From: Thermoplasmatales archaeon
Lineage (GTDB): Archaea > Thermoplasmatota > Penumbrarchaeia > Penumbrarchaeales > Penumbrarchaeaceae
Length of the DNA stretch: 64,000 nucleotides
NCBI GenBank assembly: GCA_030595715.1
Contig: JAUVCN010000001.1
Location: 1,418 to 65,417 of the forward strand
Direction of reading: 5' to 3'
Part shown: positions 32,934 through 42,485 of the stretch, one piece after another
Position numbering within the stretch: position 1 is the first letter of the stretch
Layout of the letters: every line of letters starts with the position of its first letter
Translations under genes and position numbers: made by a program
Notes under the pieces: model-generated
The model's database searches: none
What the model was told of the DNA's origin: nothing
Seen by the model: only the letters and a program-made list of their open reading frames with translations

Positions 32934-35900
32934 CTAAAGATCAGGGATGTCAGGAGGAGGTGGGAGTTTTGTCAACCCCCTGCTTTCCTGAGGTGATCCG
33001 ATGTCAGTGGCGGGGATCGTTCCTGGATCGGTAGGTCCTGCCTCGGGTTGTTGTTCCGATGGACCAGGTGGAACAAGTTCCGGGGAAACCCCATTCACAT
33101 CGGATAGAATCTCTTGAGGCTGCTGATCGTCGAATGTTGCCTTGTCGGGTTCTCCCATAGGGGAAACCTGATCGGTATCCGGTGGGGACGGAGGCTGCTG
33201 CCACTGTTCCTGATCTGCAGGGTGTGGATCCGTACCCTGCGGAGAATACTGCATCTGAACATCCTGGGAATAGGGATCGGTCACCTGCTGCTCGTATGCT
33301 CCCTGATCCACATAGGCCTCCTGATCCGAATACTGTCCCGTTCCTGGATCTGTATATTCCATCTCGGCCGGAGGAAGGCCCTCATATCCACCCGGGGGTA
33401 TCTCTTGATATCCCATCTCAGCCTGTGGAGGTAATACCGGAAACTCCATTCCGGGAAGCATTGGAGTAACAGACGCAACAGCTTTCGGCTTGTTCCTCTT
33501 CTTCATGACAAGAAACACAAAAATGAACATTACTGCCAGGAACATGACAAGAATAACACCAATATACATCATGATCGGGATGCCCGAATATTTGCTATCG
33601 GGATGATTGCCCGGATCCATCGGATCAAATGACATCGAGATCTCCTTTCCATCGGTCCAACCATCCTCATCCGTATCAGGATTGATAGGATTCAGGTTAC
33701 ATCTATGTTCCATGCAGTATCTGAATTCCTCAAGGTTGGTCAGGCCATCATTGTCCGGGTCGAGATCGGCATCGGATCTATCTGTGGGATCAAGCCCGTA
33801 TCTTCTCTCCCATGCATCATCCATCTCGTCACCATCCTGATCAGGATCCGGTTCAGGGGCAACGACCGATAGGAGGACGGTTACCTCGTCGGAATAGGCC
33901 TTTCCATCGAATATCCTCAAGGTTGCCGTATATGATCCGCCATCGACATAGGTATGCTCGACCCTGTTCATATCGATCCCTTGAACGAGGGGGGTCCCAT
34001 CCCCGAAGTCCCAGATATAGGTCAGGTCATCTCCATCTTCATCATCTCCTTCAGGAGTGTTGAAGAATACAGTAAGATTACCATCTGTAGCATCGAAATA
34101 GACATTCTCTATCTGCGGAACGTCATTGACGTTCTGAATTGTCACCTTGCACACCCCCCAATCCGATAGGAGGGACAGGTCACTTACTGTGATATTGATC
34201 TCCCATTCACCGTTCATCTCTTCCGTTATTGCTTTCAGTATCAATCTTCCGGTCTGCGGGTTGAAATCAATGGCATTTGGAGGCGCTGCAAGTGATAGTG
34301 CCCCAAGTTCGAAACCGAACATCAATTGATCACCGTTGTCGATATCAGGATCGGTTGCCACCGGATTGATGTAGAGATACTCGTCCTCTATGGTGGACTT
34401 TGATGCAGGAACGATGATCGTTGGAGGATCGTTGACATTCGAAACCTCCACAATAACGCTCATTTCAGCTTCTCCATCATTGCCATCTTCCACCCAGACC
34501 ATCAGTTCTACCTCTGGAATGTCGTCATCCCCTGGGATGAACCACATCTCACCGGATGTGTGATTGATCAAGAAGTTCACACCCGGAACAGGATCCGAAA
34601 GGACCTCCTCTATATTCCAGTCGAATGATAGAATATCCCACTCATCAATATCTTCTGCTACCATGCTCAGAACGACCTTTTCATCCTGTTCTTTCTGGAA
34701 CCGGATAAGAACATCCTGTTCATCAACAGACCTTGTGCCTATCCTCTTTATCACAGGTGGATCGTTCACCTCTCGAACCTGAAGCCAGATATCGAGTTCG
34801 GCAAATTTCCTAAATGTCCCGTCATCAGTGGCATTTATTGTAAGAACGAATGTCCCGAACTTGTTCGCCTTCGGGGTCACGATCAACAGATTTGGTTCAC
34901 CTGATGTCTGTGGAGGTTTGATAAAGGCCGTAATATTATCATCTCTGTAGGATTGAATCCATTCACCGTTTGGTGCAAGTATCGAGAACTCGAATTTTGT
35001 TGTGGGATCCGGATCTGTGAACAGAGGATCAAGATCGATCTCGTAAGTGGGTGAATCTTCCTCAAGTTCCACCAGATATACCTCACCAACGGCTGATGAT
35101 GGAGGAAGATTATCATCAATAATGACAGTGAACGTTTCCAGTGCATCGAGGGAGTGGAAAGCCCAATCCTTACCATCGAACGCGGAGAAGTTCAACGTAT
35201 GAACCGCATCCTTTCCCAGGATGGAACCGGGAACATCCACACCATAGATGACGCCTGCTGCGTGATCTGACCCACTTCCGGATATTGGGGATAGTTCCCT
35301 GAAAGGTTCCTCATCATTCCAGACCCATATCTGCCTGGGGGTCTCATTGTTGGCATCGACATATTCGACCCTGAATTCGAATATATCGGTCGACCTGCCC
35401 CTCTCAAGATTTACCGTGGGGTTTTTCAGGATGGGGCGGTTGTTCGGGATATCAGGATATATCGAGCCGGTGAACGAATAAGATGTGGACCCCTGTATAT
35501 CGCTGTATGTCTTCTGATTTATATTGGGGGTAATACCATTTATACCAAATGTCTGGATCACCATACCTATCACCATGCGGGTGCAGTTCTTCCGGAGGTA
35601 AAGATGATAGGGTTCTGCTTCCAGACCTGCAGACTGGAAGGTCGGATTGGGAGATATTCTCTTTATTTCATTGGTGTATTGACCCGGATTCGATCTGGAA
35701 TTATAACTGATATACAGGTCGACCTCGATCCCGTAATCTATTGTTCCTCCGCTGGTGTTCGGCGTAGGATTGCTGAAAGATAACATCATATCAACGACGG
35801 TAGGATGGATCGGGTTTGGAGCATTTATCTCATACCAGTCCATCAGGTCCCGGTCCTGGTCAAGGCCACCGATCAAGCCTCCTGTCATCGGGGTTGGGAG

Positions 35901-36491
35901 GGCCTCATCATTGCTTGGATCCATGGGCGGAACTGAAGATATCGTCACTGTGAAATTGTAGGATACTGTTCCAGAGACAGATGATCCGGTCCCGTTCTGA
36001 GCAAGGATCCTCACACCATATATTCCTGAATAGGAAGCATCAGCCGTGCAAATCTGGGGAAACCATGGATCCTCCTGGTAGGCTTTCAGGTTGAGGACTA
36101 TCTCATCATTGGTCCCGTGGTTAAGATTATTATTTGGATAGAATGCATAGATCAGGACGAAAACATAGTCGTAAAAGTAATTGGTGTCCAGATAGAGATA
36201 GGAGATCTCCAGCCTGTCAACCAAGGGACCATTTCCCCCATTCAGAACGATGTAGAAAAGATCATTATCCCCCTGGGTCAGATTCCCATGAAGTTCATAG
36301 TTACCATGGGTATTCGGAAGAAGATCTGCGCTAGTCCAGGCATCATTGCTTTCCGATTCCTCCACTATGGTCCTTGTTGGTGTTGATGATAGAGGCTCCG
36401 CATCATGGGACTCTGTTGCCACTACCATGAAGACCGATGACAGAAGCAGCAAGACCATGATGATCGACGGTATATTCTTTCCAGGGAACAT
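32934..36491 (-). CDS. Type-I surface protein with cadherin-like repeats, a PKD domain, TSP3 repeats, a TM helix and an acidic Pro/Gln-rich cytoplasmic tail
   Basis: 1185 aa with a signal peptide. Cadherin-type boundaries VREVNDPPVI, VSNVNDPPTI and IQNVNDVPQI. PKD motif WDFGDGT...HTY. TSP3 motifs DPDQDGDEMDDAWE and DTDEDGWTDGKE. TM helix IGVILVMFLAVMFIFVFLV. The tail is roughly 190 aa, rich in D, E, P and Q. Confidence 0.8.
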   Translation of the reverse strand: MFPGKNIPSIIMVLLLLSSVFMVVATESHDAEPLSSTPTRTIVEESESNDAWTSADLLPNTHGNYELHGNLTQGDNDLFYIVLNGGNGPLVDRLEISYLYLDTNYFYDYVFVLIYAFYPNNNLNHGTNDEIVLNLKAYQEDPWFPQICTADASYSGIYGVRILAQNGTGSSVSGTVSYNFTVTISSVPPMDPSNDEALPTPMTGGLIGGLDQDRDLMDWYEINAPNPIHPTVVDMMLSFSNPTPNTSGGTIDYGIEVDLYISYNSRSNPGQYTNEIKRISPNPTFQSAGLEAEPYHLYLRKNCTRMVIGMVIQTFGINGITPNINQKTYSDIQGSTSYSFTGSIYPDIPNNRPILKNPTVNLERGRSTDIFEFRVEYVDANNETPRQIWVWNDEEPFRELSPISGSGSDHAAGVIYGVDVPGSILGKDAVHTLNFSAFDGKDWAFHSLDALETFTVIIDDNLPPSSAVGEVYLVELEEDSPTYEIDLDPLFTDPDPTTKFEFSILAPNGEWIQSYRDDNITAFIKPPQTSGEPNLLIVTPKANKFGTFVLTINATDDGTFRKFAELDIWLQVREVNDPPVIKRIGTRSVDEQDVLIRFQKEQDEKVVLSMVAEDIDEWDILSFDWNIEEVLSDPVPGVNFLINHTSGEMWFIPGDDDIPEVELMVWVEDGNDGEAEMSVIVEVSNVNDPPTIIVPASKSTIEDEYLYINPVATDPDIDNGDQLMFGFELGALSLAAPPNAIDFNPQTGRLILKAITEEMNGEWEINITVSDLSLLSDWGVCKVTIQNVNDVPQIENVYFDATDGNLTVFFNTPEGDDEDGDDLTYIWDFGDGTPLVQGIDMNRVEHTYVDGGSYTATLRIFDGKAYSDEVTVLLSVVAPEPDPDQDGDEMDDAWERRYGLDPTDRSDADLDPDNDGLTNLEEFRYCMEHRCNLNPINPDTDEDGWTDGKEISMSFDPMDPGNHPDSKYSGIPIMMYIGVILVMFLAVMFIFVFLVMKKRNKPKAVASVTPMLPGMEFPVLPPQAEMGYQEIPPGGYEGLPPAEMEYTDPGTGQYSDQEAYVDQGAYEQQVTDPYSQDVQMQYSPQGTDPHPADQEQWQQPPSPPDTDQVSPMGEPDKATFDDQQPQEILSDVNGVSPELVPPGPSEQQPEAGPTDPGTIPATDIGSPQESRGLTKLPPPPDIPDL

Positions 36492-36619
36492 AGGGACACC
36501 CTCTACTGGATAATATTCCAGTTACATACGATATCGATTATAAGAGTTGTGATAGAATATTACCATTGGCATATTAGATGTGATCCTGAATACCCGGCTC
36601 TTCAAGGACCATGCCAGAC

Positions 36620-37936
36620 TCAGGGATATGCCCTTGTCATGGTCCTCGGGAAAGGAATGGCATCCTTGATGTTTTCCAGCTTGCATATCCATGCTATCAA
36701 TCTCTCGACACCGAGTCCATATCCCGAATGCTGGACCGAACCGTATCTCCTTAGATCAAGATACCAGTCATAGCTCTCGACGCTCTCTCCTTCCTTTTCG
36801 AGGGCCATGGAAAGTGACTCGATATCGGTATCCCTCTCGGATCCTCCAACGATCTCCCCATAACCCTCCGGCGCAAGGATATCGAAACATTTGGCAACAG
36901 GCCCTGGTGCATCCGCCCCTTCAAGGACCGGCTTGTAGAAGGCCATTGCTTCTTTTGGATATTCAACAACTCCAACAGGAGTGTCGAAAAGCTTCATCAG
37001 CTCCTCCTCCTCGACCGTCCTCAGGTCCTTGCCCCATTGCACATCCATCCCTGCCTTATCATTGAGAATTCCAAGTGCCTCTGTATACGTGATGACAGGC
37101 CATTCCTTCTCAAGAATATGGACCAATCCATCCGGGTCCACTTCCAGGATCTCAAGGTCACCTATGTTGTTCTCGAGAACCTTCTTGATGATGAACCTGA
37201 TCTCGTCCATTGCTATCTGAACAGCTTCCCTGTATCCGATCCATGCGGCTTCCATCTCTGCCATCCAGAACTCACTGAGATGCCTGGATGTCTTCGACCT
37301 CTCTGCCCGGAAGGTTGGTGAGACATCATATATCTTCTCCAGTGAGAATATGGCTGCTTCTGCATAGAGTTGCCAGGTCTGGGTCAGATAAATGGACCTA
37401 TCGTAATACTTAACTTCGAAAAGTGTCGATCCGCCTTCTGCCTGATTGGGTGTGAAAATTGGAGGTGTGAACTCGTGATATCCTTTCTTTCTGAAGAACT
37501 CATGGATGGCACCGGTAACGGTGGATCTTACCTTCAAGATGGCATTCATCTTTCTTGATCTGATCCATAGATGCCTGTTCTCCCTGAGGAATTCCTCCGA
37601 CTGGTCCTTTGTGATCGGGAACCTATCAGCCTTCGATATGGTCCTGACATCGTTCATGTGGACCTCGTATCCTCCGGGGGCCCTGTCATCTTTGTTCACA
37701 TTTCCTATGACGATGACAGAAGACTCCACCGGAAGATCCTTGGCGACGGTGAACAGATCATCTCCGAGGTCCGATCTGGATGCCACACATTGTATAATGC
37801 CTGTTGAATCCCTGATGACCATGAAAAGCATCTTGTTGCTACCTCTGGTCCGATAGATCCAACCTCTCAACCGTACCTCTGCTCCCTGGTAGCCTGGGTC
37901 CTTTGCTTCCTGAATGCTGATCGGTTCCTCATCCAT
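36620..37936 (-). CDS. aspS: Class IIb aminoacyl-tRNA synthetase, aspartate--tRNA ligase-like (Asp versus Asn specificity not resolved)
   Basis: 438 aa with an OB anticodon-binding N-domain and class II motifs (FRAERSKTSRHLSEFWMAEME, GLGVERL). The flipping-loop motif reads TQTWQLY rather than QSPQ. Confidence 0.75.
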   Translation of the reverse strand: MDEEPISIQEAKDPGYQGAEVRLRGWIYRTRGSNKMLFMVIRDSTGIIQCVASRSDLGDDLFTVAKDLPVESSVIVIGNVNKDDRAPGGYEVHMNDVRTISKADRFPITKDQSEEFLRENRHLWIRSRKMNAILKVRSTVTGAIHEFFRKKGYHEFTPPIFTPNQAEGGSTLFEVKYYDRSIYLTQTWQLYAEAAIFSLEKIYDVSPTFRAERSKTSRHLSEFWMAEMEAAWIGYREAVQIAMDEIRFIIKKVLENNIGDLEILEVDPDGLVHILEKEWPVITYTEALGILNDKAGMDVQWGKDLRTVEEEELMKLFDTPVGVVEYPKEAMAFYKPVLEGADAPGPVAKCFDILAPEGYGEIVGGSERDTDIESLSMALEKEGESVESYDWYLDLRRYGSVQHSGYGLGVERLIAWICKLENIKDAIPFPRTMTRAYP

Positions 37937-38001
37937 ATCACGGCCTCCATACGCTCAGGCGCCTTGAAGGAATGCCCCCTATATTAGGTTTAAGAGCGGG
38001 A

Positions 38002-41000
38002 TCATGGCCTTCTTCCGACCGGACGTCTCCTGCCACCTGGCCCATCATCCTCGATCTCGGCCATTCTAGATGAAGCATTTCGGTCCATATGCGATCTCCT
38101 TCTCTCCCTCGGGACCCTTTCCCTGCTTTCCCCGGCACCCGGCCTTCTGGACCCGGGTGACCTGGACCTACCTCTTCCGAACTCCCTTTCACTCTCGATC
38201 ACCTGCTTTTGCTGGATCCACTCCTCTCTCAATCTCTGGTTCCTTATTAGCAGGAAAACGACTATGATGATCGCGATCACGATCAAGATCATAATGAAAA
38301 TGGTCATGGGGACGTCGAGATCGTTCTTCTCCTTCTCTCCGGGATCATCCTGGACAAGGACAACTGTTATCTGGATCTCCTCGAGTTCCCAGTTACCCGA
38401 AATATCCTCTGCAATGACCTGAATGATATACATGCCGATATCCAGGGTCAGGATCAGGTGCCATGAGGTGGTACCTTCCGCTACAATCCAATCGCCTCCT
38501 TTCACCCTCACCCGGACCTGAAGCCATCCTGAATCGTCCAATGCGGTCCCTGTTATGGTGATATTGCCGTTCTCATGCCTTGAATTGTTCGCCGGTGACA
38601 GGATGGTCAACGTGGGAGGTTCATTATCCACCATTGAAGAAGTGTCGTATGTATAATGGATATCCATCTCCCTTATGTTTCCAGCAACGTCTTCTGCCTC
38701 GATCGTGAAGATATTCTCACCGGGTTCGAGAGTGACCACCCATTCGAAGGTCATGTTTCTCGAGAGCAATCGCGAGGCACCCGTTGAATTCGATCCTCTG
38801 ACAGCTTTTATTCCGCTGTTATCATACACTTCCCCCTGGATAAGGATGACAACTGTCCTGAAAGTAGACCGGTCAAGGGGCAGGATCCGATCGAACGTCG
38901 GTTTCTCGGTATCGTATATCACATCAAAAAAGATATCATTGACATTTCCTGCCCGATCCCTGGATGATATCGATATATTGTTCCTTCCCATGTAAAGTTC
39001 CACAACAGTGGAGAAGAGGCCATCTTGTTCGACATCGACCGGAATACCGTTCACCATCATATCAGCATCAGCTTCGGTCCATCCAGATATTGCCATATCC
39101 TTGTTGTTCGTGTACATGGGAGGTCTTATCATTTCGATGGATGGGGCAAGCGTGTCCACGAAGATATTCACAGAGGATGAGCCTACACTGCCGGTCTTAT
39201 CGAGGACCTCGACAGATATCCTGTTGATCCCTTCCTTCATGTCTTCAAGACGATATGAAAAACCCCTGAGGTCAAAATCGATCTCCACACCATTCAAAAT
39301 TACCATCACCGTATCATGTGAGATCGCTCCTTCCACAATGATCCAATCATTCTTCGTCCTTGTTCCATTTGCGGGGGACAGGATCATCACTGTTGGAGGT
39401 GTGGTATCGAGATCGATGGTCCTGATGATCCGAACGGTATTACCAGCCTGGTCCACCGCCTCGATCACTATGGAATTCCTTCCTTCTTTCAGGTATATAT
39501 CGAATGAGAATGTCCCATCCGAATGTGGTGCCAGATTCTCATCTATGTACAATCTGGCATCGACATCACACGATCCCTCAACCTTGATCGGGGTGAGGTT
39601 CGTGTATATGCCCTCGATTGGAGAGGTGACCGTCAATGATGGATCCACCGTGTCGATACCAAAATGGGTGAATGCCTCTGAAAACTTTCCATCATCGTTC
39701 ATTGTCCTCAATCTCAGATCATGTTCACGGTCGGATCCGAAATCAAGGTGGATCTCGAAGTTCTTGCTGGGTGTCATGAGGATCTCATTTCCACCATCAA
39801 GGAACATCGAAAAACTGACCAGTGGTCTCGGATCTGTGATCGTACCGGTTATCACAATGGACCTGGTATCGAACCATGTATTGTTCAGAGGTGAGCCGAT
39901 CTTGATCATCGGTTCTGATATGAGGACCTCTATCGTCTCGAATGTCCTTTCGAGAACGTTGAAGGACTTTGACCTCACAGCACCCTCATAAAGAACAGCC
40001 AACTGATGAGGATCATTACTATATTTACCGGTCGAATTGTAGTGGAATGCTATCAGAGGAAGGTCCGTTATCCATCCATTATCATCGGTCAGGGCCTGTC
40101 TCTCTACCTTCCCATCGGAACCTGATATCTCAACATCTGCCAACTTTGCCGGGAATCCGTTGTTCGTTGTTACCCCGATGTCGAACCTGTAAGCCTCGGT
40201 GACAACACTACTACCCTCGACCTCAACACCGCTCAGGGTCGTATTGAGGAGATGAATGATGGAAGGACCGGATCCAGACGTGACCAGAAGGAGATCATTG
40301 CCGATCTGCATGGGGTAGCAATCCATCAGTTCAATATTTGAAGAAATTGATTCCATCGCGAACATATACATACCATGGAGCCCGCTGTTTCTCATTTCAA
40401 TGTTCGATCGCTTGGAAAGAAGGGAAAGACCCGATTCCTGGAAGAAGTTCATATCTGCCATGACATTGGAATCCTCGGCATAGATAGCATTTCCCGGGAT
40501 GTTCGTTATGTTCACCCTGTTCGAGAGCAGGTATGAATCCTCGATCAGATGGATACCTTCGTCGTTACAGTTGGATATGGATGAATCCCTGATGGACATG
40601 TTCGCTCCATCTCCGATCAGTCCGATATTGCAAAATTGAATTGTACTGCAGTTCATGTAGAAATTGTCTGTTTCTATGTAGGGCCCGCTTTCTCGCAGCG
40701 GCCGCATGGGCAGACCACATCCATTTATGGTTGACCCGTTTATCTCGACATAAGAACCATCATGAGCCTCGAAAAAGAATATGGAACCATTGAGACCCAT
40801 GAGTTCGGAGCCGTTCCTGAGAACGAATGTCGCGTCATTGAGTACATAGATAGTGTTGGAAGCCATGCCGGATATGTTCATTCTGAGCGTAATATTATCC
40901 AGGATCAACGATCCTGAAACTGTCAGGTTCCCGTGTACATCTATGATGGAATCCTTATATGTCTCTGTCCCTGTGACAGACCAGTCTCCCGATATCGGTG

Positions 41001-41136
41001 GTGAGATTGGAACATTATCCATTTCAAGTTCATGACCATTTGCCCCAATCAACGGCAGGAATGACATTGAAAGAAGAGCAACTAATATCATGGTGACGAT
41101 CAGTAACTTTTGATCCGAACCCCGAAAACCGAACAT
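38002..41136 (-). CDS. Type-I surface protein with a right-handed beta-helix (pectate-lyase-like) region and Ig-like domains, a TM helix and an Arg-rich cytoplasmic tail
   Basis: 1044 aa with a signal peptide. Parallel beta-helix repeats (NCSTIQFCNIGLIGDGANMSIRDSSISNCNDEGIHLIED). TM helix IFIMILIVIAIIIVVFLLI. The C-terminus is RSRSPGSRRPG...RRRPVGRRP. Confidence 0.75.
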   Translation of the reverse strand: MFGFRGSDQKLLIVTMILVALLSMSFLPLIGANGHELEMDNVPISPPISGDWSVTGTETYKDSIIDVHGNLTVSGSLILDNITLRMNISGMASNTIYVLNDATFVLRNGSELMGLNGSIFFFEAHDGSYVEINGSTINGCGLPMRPLRESGPYIETDNFYMNCSTIQFCNIGLIGDGANMSIRDSSISNCNDEGIHLIEDSYLLSNRVNITNIPGNAIYAEDSNVMADMNFFQESGLSLLSKRSNIEMRNSGLHGMYMFAMESISSNIELMDCYPMQIGNDLLLVTSGSGPSIIHLLNTTLSGVEVEGSSVVTEAYRFDIGVTTNNGFPAKLADVEISGSDGKVERQALTDDNGWITDLPLIAFHYNSTGKYSNDPHQLAVLYEGAVRSKSFNVLERTFETIEVLISEPMIKIGSPLNNTWFDTRSIVITGTITDPRPLVSFSMFLDGGNEILMTPSKNFEIHLDFGSDREHDLRLRTMNDDGKFSEAFTHFGIDTVDPSLTVTSPIEGIYTNLTPIKVEGSCDVDARLYIDENLAPHSDGTFSFDIYLKEGRNSIVIEAVDQAGNTVRIIRTIDLDTTPPTVMILSPANGTRTKNDWIIVEGAISHDTVMVILNGVEIDFDLRGFSYRLEDMKEGINRISVEVLDKTGSVGSSSVNIFVDTLAPSIEMIRPPMYTNNKDMAISGWTEADADMMVNGIPVDVEQDGLFSTVVELYMGRNNISISSRDRAGNVNDIFFDVIYDTEKPTFDRILPLDRSTFRTVVILIQGEVYDNSGIKAVRGSNSTGASRLLSRNMTFEWVVTLEPGENIFTIEAEDVAGNIREMDIHYTYDTSSMVDNEPPTLTILSPANNSRHENGNITITGTALDDSGWLQVRVRVKGGDWIVAEGTTSWHLILTLDIGMYIIQVIAEDISGNWELEEIQITVVLVQDDPGEKEKNDLDVPMTIFIMILIVIAIIIVVFLLIRNQRLREEWIQQKQVIESEREFGRGRSRSPGSRRPGAGESRERVPRERRRSHMDRNASSRMAEIEDDGPGGRRRPVGRRP

Positions 41137-41182
41137 ATGACTTCATTGCTTCACTTTATTAAATAGGTTTCAGGTGGACATC

Positions 41183-42382
41183 TCATTCCTGCCCCGCTGG
41201 TTCTTCCACATGAGGTTCCGTTCCTGGAAGAGGTTCATCTTCAGTTATCTTTGAAGATCCATCGTTCGAAGGAGGTGGGGTAGAGATGTCGGAGGGGGCC
41301 TCCTCTGCAGGGGCTTGTTCCTCCATAACCTCCTCCTTATGATCTTGTTCCAGTGTGTCCGATGAAGGATCAGATCCCTCTGGAACTTCCTGTTGATGCT
41401 CTCCATACAGGTCCTCCTGTGTAAGGACCTCCTGCAGGGGTTCTTCCACGCTACCCTGTTCCGGGTAATCTTCGATCGGGGAAGGTGCTACAGGCATTGC
41501 TTCCATCGATGCTATGTCAACTTGCTCCTGTTCGCCCTCCAATGGAACTGCCATCATCAACTGTCCCTCCATTGGCATGGATGTTATTGCTTCCATTCCT
41601 ATGCTATCAGGTGATGTGATCGGGCCTCCGATCCTCGTTGCAGTTCCCAAGAAATCATATTCGTCCATGGAAGTTGAATTGTACAATTGTGCATACTGCT
41701 CAGGGTCCAGATAGTAGACCTTGTCCTCGATTATGGACCTGAACGCATAGTAAGGTCCATCTTCAGGGTTGAAGAACAAATTTGCATCCTTTGACCTTCG
41801 CCTGAAGAACATTATTGTCGCAACTATTGTGAGGATAATTGCAATGATGATGGCAAATGCCATAATAATGGGTAATAAATTCATCCCCTCATCCTCTGGA
41901 ACATTGTTCACATTATAGACTATCCTCAAACGAACGGTAGCATTTTCCCAGGCTCCGGGAACAGTATCGCTTTCCTGCTGAGGATTGAAGAACATGATCG
42001 ATTTGTCTTTATTGTTGGGGTTCTCAACATCTACTGACATCAAGGTAGATACATTCGTCCTTACGAAAATTGATTGTTCCTCAGCGATCTCATAACTTCG
42101 TACGTTGATCGACCGGGATGAGTCCAGGATCAATATGTTGATACCCCGGGGTATAAAATCATCGGAAGATGCTGACTTGAAGACTATTGTCAGTTCCAGG
42201 ATATCTCCTTTGGAATCAAAATCTTCCAATGTCAAAGGAATAGGGACCCCTGGTGGAACCGGATATGGATCGATAGTGACCTTACCTTCGGAATCTTCCG
42301 AGATGAACGCTATGAATGCTACAGCAAATATCACTGATACTGCTAATATTGGAAAGATCTTCCTCATACAGGACACCCCCAA
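41183..42382 (-). CDS. Type-I membrane protein with an acidic cytoplasmic tail
   Basis: 399 aa with a signal peptide, a roughly 150-aa ectodomain and the TM helix LLPIIMAFAIIIAIILTIVATIMFF. The tail is E/P/Q-rich and resembles the tail of 32934..36491. Confidence 0.6.
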   Translation of the reverse strand: MGVSCMRKIFPILAVSVIFAVAFIAFISEDSEGKVTIDPYPVPPGVPIPLTLEDFDSKGDILELTIVFKSASSDDFIPRGINILILDSSRSINVRSYEIAEEQSIFVRTNVSTLMSVDVENPNNKDKSIMFFNPQQESDTVPGAWENATVRLRIVYNVNNVPEDEGMNLLPIIMAFAIIIAIILTIVATIMFFRRRSKDANLFFNPEDGPYYAFRSIIEDKVYYLDPEQYAQLYNSTSMDEYDFLGTATRIGGPITSPDSIGMEAITSMPMEGQLMMAVPLEGEQEQVDIASMEAMPVAPSPIEDYPEQGSVEEPLQEVLTQEDLYGEHQQEVPEGSDPSSDTLEQDHKEEVMEEQAPAEEAPSDISTPPPSNDGSSKITEDEPLPGTEPHVEEPAGQE

Positions 42383-42417
42383 AGGACATGTCCCCTATGA
42401 ATTATCTTTCATTTATA

Positions 42418-42478
42418 ATTTAATGATAAAATAAAGGGAAAATAAAGGATAACAGGAAGATCTCATCGACCTTCCTGT
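42418..42478 (-). terminator. Hairpin plus U-rich terminator after secY
   Basis: The minus-strand RNA is AACAGGAAG-GUCGAUGAGAUC-CUUCCUGUU (9-bp stem) followed by AUCCUUUAUUUUCCCUUUAUUUU. Confidence 0.5.
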
Positions 42479-42485
42479 TCCATCA

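Noticed and set aside
36549-37065. Plus-strand ORFs opposite aspS (74 and 124 aa).
   Set aside because: They lie antisense to a conserved synthetase gene.
37938-38192. 84-aa minus-strand ORF between aspS and the beta-helix protein gene.
   Set aside because: It overlaps the 3' end (the Arg-rich tail region) of 38002..41136 in another frame, with a Gly/Arg/Pro-rich translation that looks like a frame artefact.
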